Virus record (IMG/VR): IMGVR_UViG_3300014025_000004
Direction: 5' to 3' (one strand)
Length of the DNA stretch: 51,509 nt
DNA from: a virus
Under the pieces are notes generated by a model. It was given only the letters and a program-made list of their open reading frames with translations, did no database searches and had not been told where the DNA came from. Positions 32,698 through 41,037 of the stretch are shown in pieces (the first letter of the stretch is position 1; each line of letters begins with the position of its first letter). Both the position numbers and the translations under genes were made by a program.

Positions 32698-33320
32698 TTA
32701 ATTTTTTTGTCTTTGTACTCTTTTTTACATCTTCTCATAATTCTCCTTAAAGAGACTAATCCAAAGGCTTTTTCTACTTGAATTATTATCTTACGAGTTA
32801 CCATAGATAAATTTTTAGGAGCAAGTTCAAAGTCTTTAAGGGCGTTCATTCCCTTTACGGCTGTCTCTTTATTTATTGCTCCTAAATCGTAATTTTCAAT
32901 ACATCTCATCACATACATAGCAATTTGTCCGTAACATCTGAATGATGGAACCGAATTGTTGTATTCCACATCAGCACAAAAAGCATATACATCTTGAGGA
33001 TCAATAGCTAATGTTTTGATAACCTCTTCGTAGGATTTCATCTCCTCTGTTAGGTTAATACACTTATCTGCTATCTCGTTCTTATCACATATAAAATCTT
33101 GAGGGGAGGTTTTACCTCCGAATATATCATTTATCATATTGGATACATTCTCCGCTGTGTGATAGTCATTCTTTGACTTCATTAAGGATTGATGTAGGCA
33201 TCGCTGACTATATAAGTGAGCAAACTTAATAAGGAGAAATGCTTTCATTATACGAAAACTCCTTGTTAGCTGCCTGCTGTTTTTGTTCTTTATCTTAGGT
33301 GTTATTATATTTGTTGTCAT
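32676..33320 (-). CDS. Hypothetical protein (214 aa)
   Basis: ORF in an operon context. Confidence 0.5.
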   Translation of the reverse strand: MTTNIITPKIKNKNSRQLTRSFRIMKAFLLIKFAHLYSQRCLHQSLMKSKNDYHTAENVSNMINDIFGGKTSPQDFICDKNEIADKCINLTEEMKSYEEVIKTLAIDPQDVYAFCADVEYNNSVPSFRCYGQIAMYVMRCIENYDLGAINKETAVKGMNALKDFELAPKNLSMVTRKIIIQVEKAFGLVSLRRIMRRCKKEYKDKKIKWTIKIT

Positions 33321-33335
33321 TAGGCGGCTTTGTAG

Positions 33336-34094
33336 TTAATTTATTAAGGCTTTAGGGGTGTATTTTCTTCCGTATAGCTTACGGAGGTAAGTTATCAATT
33401 CGTCAAAGGACTTTATAAACTCGTCTCCTATAAGGTCTGCTACTTTCTGTTGTAGTTGAAAAAGCTCCAATTGTTTTGTTTCTTCTCCTACCTCATTACG
33501 CATAGCGTGCTTATGGTCTCCAAAAACAATAAAATTCAATCCTTGCGCTATCTTTTTCATTGCCATAGGCATAAGCTGCTTAGGAACGATTGTTGCCACA
33601 TGTGAAGCTAATGTTTTGTAGCTATCTCCTGCAAGGTTTCGGTACTTAATCATTTCGTCAGATACAAATCGCAGTACATCATATTTGAAATAAGGATTAA
33701 GCCACATAGCAAAGTCTATGAACAACATAGGGTGCATCCAAGTGCCAGCATTTACCCCTCTTGAAGCTCGTGATTTTAAATATACAGATGTTTCGGAAGT
33801 TAGATTTTCTTTTTGTATGATTACACAAATATATTCCTGAGTTGATTTGTTTAGAAAGAAATCGTCAATATCTTTCTTTTTTACATAGGGGGAATTCTGG
33901 GTATGTAAAATAACTTGTTGATTTTCAGAGCTATTTTTTACATACCCAGAATTCTGGGTATGTAAAACTTTCTGATTTTCAACAGCATTATTCCATTGTT
34001 TCAATAATGCAGTAGCATTAAAAAATCCGTCTTTGGTACGTTGGATAACCTCAAAGTCTCCCATTTTACGAACCATATTTTGATTGGTTTTCAT
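33336..34094 (-). CDS. KilA-N domain protein
   Basis: 252 aa. GDFEVIQRTKDGFFNATALLKQWN. Contains the in-frame repeat LHTQNS(G/P)YVK. Confidence 0.65.
   Translation of the reverse strand: MKTNQNMVRKMGDFEVIQRTKDGFFNATALLKQWNNAVENQKVLHTQNSGYVKNSSENQQVILHTQNSPYVKKKDIDDFFLNKSTQEYICVIIQKENLTSETSVYLKSRASRGVNAGTWMHPMLFIDFAMWLNPYFKYDVLRFVSDEMIKYRNLAGDSYKTLASHVATIVPKQLMPMAMKKIAQGLNFIVFGDHKHAMRNEVGEETKQLELFQLQQKVADLIGDEFIKSFDELITYLRKLYGRKYTPKALIN
33936..33967. repeat. 32-bp perfect palindrome centred on GAATTC inside the KilA-N gene
   Basis: ttttacatacccagaattctgggtatgtaaaa. An imperfect copy lies at 33877-33910. Confidence 0.85.
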
Positions 34095-34135
34095 AACTGA
34101 AAATATAAATTTTATATTGTTAATTTTTTAAAGCG

Positions 34136-34143
34136 CAAAGATA
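34136..34143 (-). promoter_or_regulatory. -7 box TATCTTTG upstream of the KilA-N operon
   Basis: The minus strand reads gTATCTTTGcgc, 42 nt upstream of the ATG at 34094. No clean -33 element was found. Confidence 0.35.
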
Positions 34144-34278
34144 CAAAATATATTTGAATTATCCATGTAAATATTTTTGTAATAAATTGAAAGTGTGTAA
34201 TATTTGTCACACGATTTATAGTTATATTTATACTTTCAAATATAAGTATAAATATATTTCATTTTGTTAATTTAAGGG

Positions 34279-34317
34279 TTAGCGACCAGTGATTACAAGG
34301 AATGCGCTGGTCGCTAA
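34279..34317 (-). terminator. 11-bp-stem hairpin directly after the gene ending at 34322 (operon boundary)
   Basis: ttagcgaccag (34279-34289) pairs with ctggtcgctaa (34307-34317). The U-tract is weak. Confidence 0.45.
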
Positions 34318-34321
34318 TGAT

Positions 34322-34609
34322 TTATTCATACATCACTTTTAGCCCTATTTCTTTAGCTACAGCATGCTCAATTCTTGCCCCTTGGCTATCCTCCCAACCT
34401 TGTAGCATATATATCCCCTCACAATCTATAAGGTTGATGATGTCTTTGGCTATATGCTCCTCCCATGGGTCAGCTTCCGATAGCCCGTTACAGAGAGGAT
34501 TGATAACCTCGTGACCTAAGGCTCGGAGGGTGGTGGCTACCTTGTCAAATAGGCGACGTACATAGTCAAGGTCTGTCCCGCTGATTTTGCCCGATATGTA
34601 TATCTTCAT
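34322..34609 (-). CDS. DUF4406-like (nucleoside 2-deoxyribosyltransferase-like fold) protein
   Basis: 95 aa. MKIYISGKISG...INPL...IDCEGIYMLQGWEDSQGARIEHAVAKEIG. Confidence 0.6.
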   Translation of the reverse strand: MKIYISGKISGTDLDYVRRLFDKVATTLRALGHEVINPLCNGLSEADPWEEHIAKDIINLIDCEGIYMLQGWEDSQGARIEHAVAKEIGLKVMYE

Positions 34610-35019
34610 AGTTGTTCGTTTTTATAGGTTCGTATGAGTGCTTTTACGAGGGCTTCACGAGCTTCATTGTAATCGTCAAAATCACCTTGCCAATCTAATT
34701 GACGTAGATTAGACTTTGTAATCTCAAAATAATAGTAATTACCCTCATCAAAATGAGCGTGACTCTCTAATCTAATGTAACTTTCATATCCTTTTTCTCT
34801 GAACCACTCAAATACTTGCTCATGAGTAGGGAGTGATACACAATAACGAAAAAGTTTATCATTCCAATTTGTAATAACGAATTCTTCATCATGCCATGGT
34901 GATATTTTGAGTAATTTTTCATCATAATAGAAAGAACAAGGGGTATCAAACCCTATTTCCTTGAGTTCTTTGGCTATCTCCAATGAGACGAGCCAAGTGG
35001 GGTAGTCGTTATTTTTCAT
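34606..35019 (-). CDS. Hypothetical protein (137 aa)
   Basis: ORF with a 4-nt overlap onto the downstream gene. Confidence 0.5.
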   Translation of the reverse strand: MKNNDYPTWLVSLEIAKELKEIGFDTPCSFYYDEKLLKISPWHDEEFVITNWNDKLFRYCVSLPTHEQVFEWFREKGYESYIRLESHAHFDEGNYYYFEITKSNLRQLDWQGDFDDYNEAREALVKALIRTYKNEQL

Positions 35020-35024
35020 ATCTT

Positions 35025-35246
35025 TTATCCTTTAAATAAATACATTGACCAACTTATAGCAACCTCTTCATTGCGATTGTCTAATTCTTTTAGTAAGCTA
35101 TCTATTTCTTTGTCCTCACTAAGTTCAGGAGGAACTTGTAAATAGAGCTTTTTAATTATTTCATTATGAAATTTTGTATGTTTTTCAACCTCTGAGAGGT
35201 GTGTTAGTGCCTCTTTTAAACACTTTAATAGTTCTTGCTTATTCAT
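35025..35246 (-). CDS. Hypothetical protein (73 aa)
   Basis: ORF in an operon context. Confidence 0.45.
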   Translation of the reverse strand: MNKQELLKCLKEALTHLSEVEKHTKFHNEIIKKLYLQVPPELSEDKEIDSLLKELDNRNEEVAISWSMYLFKG

Positions 35247-35751
35247 CTTTCACAAATTTACCGTTAATCATTTTTCCAGTTCTGTTTTTGATTTCGTTGT
35301 AAGCGATGTTCAGACACTCCTCAAGGGTGGTGTTCTCTAAACGAGCAATATTGTTGAGATAATATACGATGCTAAATACTCTAATCCCATTTGTCTCAGA
35401 TAATTCTCCGTCCTTTTCCCACATATTAATACTTATCAATCTACCTAAAGAGCTATAAACGCCCATAACGAGTAAGATGATTTCAAGTTTTGATACTGAT
35501 AATTCAACCGCTTGTTTAATACCATTTATAACATCCTGTTCTATAAAGTGGCAATAGTTAATAAGGCAAACCATAATATCACCTATCGCATCTTGGATAG
35601 CTGGTTTGTCATTGTCATAACACGCTTTGATAAGCTCGCCAACCTCCTCGTGTGTCTTAAGGAGTTCATCAAAAGGCGTTAGCTCTTCATAGATTTTTCT
35701 TTCTTTTGCCCACTCTTGGATAAGTGGGACGAGTTCTTGGATTGTTTTCAT
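35239..35751 (-). CDS. MazG-like nucleotide pyrophosphohydrolase
   Basis: 170 aa. LLKTHEEVGELIKA...IQDAIGDIMVCLINYC gives the E-x-x-E...D pattern. Confidence 0.7.
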   Translation of the reverse strand: MKTIQELVPLIQEWAKERKIYEELTPFDELLKTHEEVGELIKACYDNDKPAIQDAIGDIMVCLINYCHFIEQDVINGIKQAVELSVSKLEIILLVMGVYSSLGRLISINMWEKDGELSETNGIRVFSIVYYLNNIARLENTTLEECLNIAYNEIKNRTGKMINGKFVKDE

Positions 35752-36038
35752 TTGTCAATATTTTTAGTGTTAATAATTTCTCCTAAACTAAGTACAAAGT
35801 ATCTTTTGCCTTCTTCTGCACCCCATTCGCTCTTTCCTATGCCTTGGGTGATACTTTTTAGTTTTATTGTAAATTGTGGGGCGTTGGTAGCATACCCGTT
35901 ACGAAAGATGACCTTATCGTATGTCTTTCCCATAAGCCGCTTTTCCCAGTAAAGTTTGATTTCTCGGTATTCTTCCTTCTTCTCTCCTGTGAGAATAAGG
36001 TCAAACCAGTTTTTCTTGAGTGTAAGGTGTAAATTCAT
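35748..36038 (-). CDS. ASCH domain protein (second copy)
   Basis: 96 aa. LTLKKNWFDLILTGEKKEEYREIK...VIFRNGY. Confidence 0.55.
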   Translation of the reverse strand: MNLHLTLKKNWFDLILTGEKKEEYREIKLYWEKRLMGKTYDKVIFRNGYATNAPQFTIKLKSITQGIGKSEWGAEEGKRYFVLSLGEIINTKNIDK

Positions 36039-37068
36039 CTACTATAAATTTTAATCGTTTTGCTATTAATTCTACTATATCCACGGTTACAGCGTTACCT
36101 ATGAGCTTATAGCGTTGTGTCTTAGCAATAGGTTTTATTGTGCCATTATAATCACCATATTGTGTCCAATTGTCAGGAAAACCTTGTAGTCGTTCGCATT
36201 CTATTTCCGTGAGACGACGCATTCTACTAATGGCATAATTACTATTATGTCTTGTTAGAGCAGGACTTATTCCCCTTTCATCAAACACTCTATTTTGTTG
36301 ATAGGGTTGCCTGCCATTGGATTCCTTAGACGGATTTAGCTGTATCACAGTCATATCTGAATGCAACCCTCCTGAGTGTCCGCCGCCTGTGAGCGTAGCT
36401 GCAACCTTGGGGATTATATAGGTATCATTGCTCCCCATTTTGTGATAGCGTGATGTTATTGTTCGTGCAAGTGAAGTTTTGATACTTGTACGTTTCCTAT
36501 TTTCTTTCCTTGTCTTTCCCTCAAGTAATTTATCATCTTTTCCGATAGGAAATACTCCTGGGACACTTCGTCCTGCAAGATGTCCGATAAGGTATATCCG
36601 CTCTCTATTTTGGGGTAAAAGCCAGCTTGTATTAAGCAATTGCCATTCGATTGTATAATCCCCAAGGTTGGCAAACGCTTGGATAATCGCCCAAAAGTCT
36701 GCGCGAGCATTTGAGGAGAATGCTCCCTTAACATTTTCCCAGATAAAAATACCTGGTCGGATGTGAGCAATGAGGGCAATTGCGTACTCGATAAGGCTAC
36801 TTTTGGCTCCTTTAAGCCCCGCTCTTTTTCCAGCAAGTGAGAAATCGACGCAAGGCGAACCGAAAGTGATAATGTCAATGTCTGTAAAGTCTCCTCCGTC
36901 AAGAGTGGTAATGTCTCCGATGTATTTGGCATGGGGAAAATTGTATTTATAGTTTGCGATTGCGTGTTTGTCTATCTCACTAAAATAGTGTTCTGTAAAT
37001 TGGTAGCCTGCTCTTTGAAATCCAAGCGAAAAACCACCAATCCCGCTGAATAGGTCAATGATTTTCAT
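36001..37068 (-). CDS. dcm: DNA (cytosine-5)-methyltransferase
   Basis: 355 aa. DLFSGIGGFSLGF (motif I), GSPCVDFSLAG (IV), ENVKG (VI), QNRERIYLIG (VIII), GNAVTV (X). Confidence 0.9.
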   Translation of the reverse strand: MKIIDLFSGIGGFSLGFQRAGYQFTEHYFSEIDKHAIANYKYNFPHAKYIGDITTLDGGDFTDIDIITFGSPCVDFSLAGKRAGLKGAKSSLIEYAIALIAHIRPGIFIWENVKGAFSSNARADFWAIIQAFANLGDYTIEWQLLNTSWLLPQNRERIYLIGHLAGRSVPGVFPIGKDDKLLEGKTRKENRKRTSIKTSLARTITSRYHKMGSNDTYIIPKVAATLTGGGHSGGLHSDMTVIQLNPSKESNGRQPYQQNRVFDERGISPALTRHNSNYAISRMRRLTEIECERLQGFPDNWTQYGDYNGTIKPIAKTQRYKLIGNAVTVDIVELIAKRLKFIVDEFTPYTQEKLV

Positions 37069-37897
37069 TTGCTTTGTCTGTTATTAGTAATTTGTCATTT
37101 TCAAAGATATATTCCAATGCTATTTCAGTCTTTAAGGAGATGTCATTATTTGTACCTTCAAAGGATTGTTTCAGACGGCTAATTAGACTCTTGTTGTCTC
37201 GCTCTTTAATTTTACGCTCCTTGTATCTCTTAGTAAGCAGCTCCTTTTCTTCTTCCGTGAAATCAGCTATCATACCTCGCTCCTTAAGGCTTTCATATAT
37301 CCAGCGGCAGAACAAAGGAAGTCGTCCTGTCTGCTTGAAATCATTGTAAAATCGTTGTACATTGGCTATAAACCGCGCTTCCTTTTCCTCTTCTGTTAGT
37401 TGTTCTTCAGGAGTAGGAGCGGGTAAGCTCATAGGTAGGTTATTATTTTGACGAGTACGACACAACCAATCCTTGTACTTCTTCAATATCTCACTGATAT
37501 AAGGCGCATTGATAAGCTGATAATGCTCCGTACGTGTGTCGAATTCTCCGTATCTTTCCATTTGAAAGGCTTTATATAACTCCTCCAAAGAAAGCGAAGA
37601 AAAGCGGCTTAAAATCATTCCTGAAATATCAGATTTGTTGAGAGGGTCTATTTCTCCCTTGAGACCGATAAGGGCAGCGTGCTGGGCAATGATAGTACCA
37701 ATGCCTCCGCGTGCTTCTATTGGGTCAAGCTCTCGGATAGGGGTGAATGTCAGTACCTGTCGTGCAAAAGCCACTTGCTGCAATTCACCAGCCTTGCATA
37801 TTTGCTGCAATGTTGGAAGCGGTTTGGCGTCCAACAACATTGGTGCCTGCTGTGTTTGTAGTATGAGTTCTTGAGATGATGTTTCCATTTTGGTCAA
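37055..37897 (-). CDS. Hypothetical replication-module protein (280 aa)
   Basis: ORF. The start is uncertain because it overlaps the upstream ORF by 113 nt. Confidence 0.5.
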   Translation of the reverse strand: MTKMETSSQELILQTQQAPMLLDAKPLPTLQQICKAGELQQVAFARQVLTFTPIRELDPIEARGGIGTIIAQHAALIGLKGEIDPLNKSDISGMILSRFSSLSLEELYKAFQMERYGEFDTRTEHYQLINAPYISEILKKYKDWLCRTRQNNNLPMSLPAPTPEEQLTEEEKEARFIANVQRFYNDFKQTGRLPLFCRWIYESLKERGMIADFTEEEKELLTKRYKERKIKERDNKSLISRLKQSFEGTNNDISLKTEIALEYIFENDKLLITDKANENH

Positions 37898-38132
37898 TTG
37901 TTACGGGTTCTTGTGGATTGTGTGATTGTTGGGCGCTCTGTACCCAGCTGGATTCAAAGCCTTTCCATTGCTTTTGCACCACCAAGGCGAGGATCTCGTT
38001 CTTATCTCGTCCTGTGCGTTGCACCTGCTCAAGGAATATCTTAAAAGCACGTTCACTATTGACGGCTTTCTTAGTCTTGCGTATCTTGAGCCAGTCCTCC
38101 GTGAGGTCAGCAGCAAATCCTGCCGATAGCAT
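37785..38132 (-). CDS. C-terminal-like part of a replication-organizer-type protein (115-aa ORF, +1 frame relative to 38107-38640)
   Basis: FAADLTEDWLKIRKTKKAVNSERAFKIFLEQVQRTGRDKNEIL..QKQWKGF. This frame is open back through the C8 run. Confidence 0.45.
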   Translation of the reverse strand: MLSAGFAADLTEDWLKIRKTKKAVNSERAFKIFLEQVQRTGRDKNEILALVVQKQWKGFESSWVQSAQQSHNPQEPVTIDQNGNIISRTHTTNTAGTNVVGRQTASNIAANMQGW

Positions 38133-38640
38133 AGCCTGCTTGAAATTGAAAGGAGGGGGGGGCGGCGGAACCTTGGGGGGAGGTTTCTTTTTGGTTGCTT
38201 AAAGGCTGATTGTTTTTTTCCTCCTCGTCAAAATCCACACTCGCACTTTTTTGTTTCTTTTTTTCTAAAAAAGAAATATCATTATCATTTACATTATCAT
38301 TATCATTAAGGGGGCAATTGCTTTTTTTGCTTTTTTCAGAAAGCAATTGCTTTTTTTGCTTTTCGTTGCTTTCCTCTAACTCATTGTCTTTCAATCGTCT
38401 TCCTCCTTTTTTACCTGCCTCACTTCTTTTTTCTGAGATTGATATATACTTTTGTGTATCCCTATCAATCGTTTGTTTTACGAATCCGAATGCTACTTTT
38501 GCAAGTGGTTTTAGTTCAATCAAGTTACCGTATATGGCATATTCCGCAATAGCCTGATAAACTTCCAACTGAACCTCACTTGGCAAATCCCGAATAACAT
38601 TCAACCAATCCGCGTAAAACAAAAATGTTTCTTTTTTCAT
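38107..38640 (-). CDS. N-terminal-like part of a replication-organizer-type protein (177 aa)
   Basis: MKKETFLFYADWLNVIRDLPSEVQLEVYQAIAEYAIYG. The low-complexity tail ends just after the homopolymer tracts. Confidence 0.5.
   Translation of the reverse strand: MKKETFLFYADWLNVIRDLPSEVQLEVYQAIAEYAIYGNLIELKPLAKVAFGFVKQTIDRDTQKYISISEKRSEAGKKGGRRLKDNELEESNEKQKKQLLSEKSKKSNCPLNDNDNVNDNDISFLEKKKQKSASVDFDEEEKNNQPLSNQKETSPQGSAAPPSFQFQAGYAIGRICC
38155..38162. repeat. G8 (C8 on the coding strand) homopolymer in the overlap of two out-of-frame ORFs
   Basis: aggaGGGGGGGGcggcgg. A second G6 run lies at 38175-38180. Confidence 0.9.
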
Positions 38641-38745
38641 GGCTTATTTAAATGATCGTTATCTCACTAACTTTGCCCTAAGCCCTCTCCTTAACATTAC
38701 ACGCCAAGTACAAGCGAGGGCATAAGACAAAGAATGAATGAGTAT

Positions 38746-39621
38746 TTAAAATAATTTAGGTTGCATTTTATCAGCAATCATACGCTTGAGATTGCGCTGC
38801 ATTTGATTGTAATAGGACTCCTTAAGCTCTATTCCTATATAGTTACGATTAAGCCTTAGACTTTCATACCCTTCACTTCCTATTCCTCCAAAAGGACTTA
38901 GTACTGTCTCACCCTCGTTGCTCCACAAATGCAAGCAACGCCTGATCGTTTCTAGCTGTAAGGGACAAATATGCTTCTCGTCTTTCTCCTCACGAGCAGA
39001 GGTATATTGCAAGGTATCGGAGTAGTTGATGTCATACCACACTGGCTCGGCATACTTTTGCCACAAATTCACGGGGAGGTAATTTTCTTTTTTCTCATCA
39101 GTGGCTTGGTGGGTGATTGGTACTAAGTTATCACCCGCATTGCGAAAGACTAAGATGTAATCAGGGATCCCAGTGCGAGACATACTGCTGTCTTTTAAGA
39201 TTGTTTTATGAAGCAACCCTATTGATTTGGTTCTTGTTACTTCTACTACAGGGCTTTTCCATATTGTGATCCTATCGTGGTAAATAAACCCTTCCTTCTC
39301 AAAAGCCTGAATGAGCATACCTGAAAAGTATTTGAGTCCTATATATCCGTCTTTCACTTTCATTGCTGGCAAGTCCATACAATGCACTGCTACCAATCGT
39401 CCGCTTTTAATTACCCTTGCTAATTCTTTTACAAGGAATTGAAAATGTACAAAGAACTCCTCATAATCTTTGCAGTTACCCATGTCTCGTATATCGTCTG
39501 AATAAACATACAATTCAGCAAAAGGAGGGCTAAATATTGAAAAGTCAATGCTGTTATCAGGGAGTTTAGCTACCTCCTCTACGCAATCGCCGTGTATAGC
39601 TGTGAATTTTGGTTGTTCCAT
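38746..39621 (-). CDS. DNA methyltransferase, beta-class N6-adenine or N4-cytosine
   Basis: 291 aa. FSIFSPPFAELY (motif IV, SPPF) precedes LSPFGGIGSEGYES (motif I). Confidence 0.8.
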   Translation of the reverse strand: MEQPKFTAIHGDCVEEVAKLPDNSIDFSIFSPPFAELYVYSDDIRDMGNCKDYEEFFVHFQFLVKELARVIKSGRLVAVHCMDLPAMKVKDGYIGLKYFSGMLIQAFEKEGFIYHDRITIWKSPVVEVTRTKSIGLLHKTILKDSSMSRTGIPDYILVFRNAGDNLVPITHQATDEKKENYLPVNLWQKYAEPVWYDINYSDTLQYTSAREEKDEKHICPLQLETIRRCLHLWSNEGETVLSPFGGIGSEGYESLRLNRNYIGIELKESYYNQMQRNLKRMIADKMQPKLF

Positions 39622-40877
39622 AGTGTCTGGTTATTAATCATTAATTGTTGCATTTGTTTGAATTGTTTCTCTTTCTCTTTGATGATACTAATGACATTCT
39701 GCATAGTATCAGTGGTTACAATATTAACCATTACATCTCCTTTCTTTCCGAAGCGGTGGGATCGTCTCACAGCTTGGTAAAACCCCTCAAAAGAAAAGTC
39801 AGGGCTCATGAAAGTTTGATTAAGGCAGTGCTGAAAGTTCAATCCGTATTGGGCTATCTTAGGTTTAGTAACTAATACTCTGAACTTCCCATCTACAAAG
39901 TCTAACAACTTTTGTGCTTTCTCTTCAGGCTTATCACTTCCTGAGACTTCCACCGCTCCACGAATACCCGCAGTAACTTCTTTCCCCTCGTCATTATGTT
40001 TCACCCATACAATGTGTGGTTCCTCATTCGCATTAGCTATCTCTATTGCCTTTGCTATTCGTTGCTCTTTGGTTCGTCTTAACTCCTTGTTGAAGTCAGT
40101 AGCTGATACAGCCAAATTAGGAAATAACATACCATTGCTAAAGTCATTTTCAGTGATGATTTGGTGTTCCTTGTAAATTACATCGGATAAGTCATACCCT
40201 TGCATTGGGTAACCTATATCCGCGGGATTGGTAAGCATTATCGCCCATTCTGATACGAACTGATAGAACTTCTCAATTGCATGCCCTTTCAATCTCCATT
40301 TACTCGTGTGGTCTTGGTCATTGATGAAGTAGGTAGCAAGCATTCCTAACCTACTTTGATAACCTAAAAACTCTGAATGGTTAGCAAGCTCCATAGGATC
40401 ATTAGGAGAGGGAGTAGCTGTAAAAGCAAACTTGTAAGGGGTATTATGGAAATACTCAAAGAGTTGCTGCTTTATTTTGCCTTCAAAGTTCTTCATTATT
40501 GAACTTTCATCTACTATCAGCCCCGCATACTCCAGGTGATTGATTTTGTGCAAATTCTCAAAGTTGGTGATCGTTACCTTATCAAGGTCAAACCCAAACT
40601 TTTCCGCTTCTCTTTGGGTCTGTGCTACCACTACCAAGGGAGCAAGGATTAACACAGGTTTGTTGGTGTGTCGTACGATTTGGGTAGCTGTCTCAAGCTC
40701 CATCACAGTCTTTCCTAATCCACAATCAGCAAATACAGCGTGCTTGCCCTTGCTTAGGTTATGTTCTACAATAAACTGCTGAAAAGGAAACAGCTTGTCA
40801 TTCATTGGCAAAGCGGTAAAGCCTTTATGCTCCTTTGCTTTCTGCTTTGATTTTAAAAACTCTTGATACTCGTTCAT
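39579..40877 (-). CDS. SNF2/DEAD-like superfamily 2 helicase
   Basis: 432 aa. FADCGLGKTVMELE (Walker A), LIVDESS (motif II), and a C-terminal helicase region ..RRSHRFGKKG. Confidence 0.8.
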   Translation of the reverse strand: MNEYQEFLKSKQKAKEHKGFTALPMNDKLFPFQQFIVEHNLSKGKHAVFADCGLGKTVMELETATQIVRHTNKPVLILAPLVVVAQTQREAEKFGFDLDKVTITNFENLHKINHLEYAGLIVDESSIMKNFEGKIKQQLFEYFHNTPYKFAFTATPSPNDPMELANHSEFLGYQSRLGMLATYFINDQDHTSKWRLKGHAIEKFYQFVSEWAIMLTNPADIGYPMQGYDLSDVIYKEHQIITENDFSNGMLFPNLAVSATDFNKELRRTKEQRIAKAIEIANANEEPHIVWVKHNDEGKEVTAGIRGAVEVSGSDKPEEKAQKLLDFVDGKFRVLVTKPKIAQYGLNFQHCLNQTFMSPDFSFEGFYQAVRRSHRFGKKGDVMVNIVTTDTMQNVISIIKEKEKQFKQMQQLMINNQTLWNNQNSQLYTAIA

Positions 40878-40949
40878 TTTTGATTTGAAATTAGAGATTT
40901 GATAAAGATTGCCGCGCGCTCAATCTCCTTTCAAATCGGTTGTTATAGC

Positions 40950-40989
40950 CCCCGCTCACGGCTCGAACGTGAGTGCTTGCCTATCGGGG
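40950..40989 (-). ncRNA. tRNA-like minihelix element 2 (acceptor-like 5-bp stem stacked on a T-arm-like hairpin)
   Basis: The minus strand reads CCCCG-ATAGGCAAGCA-CTCACG-TTCGAGC-CGTGAG-CGGGG. An upstream hairpin CATGTC-TAA-GACATG lies at about 40994-41008. Confidence 0.4.
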
Positions 40990-41037
40990 TTACCATGTCT
41001 TAGACATGAGATACATAACTTTCCAATGTTAGGTTTG

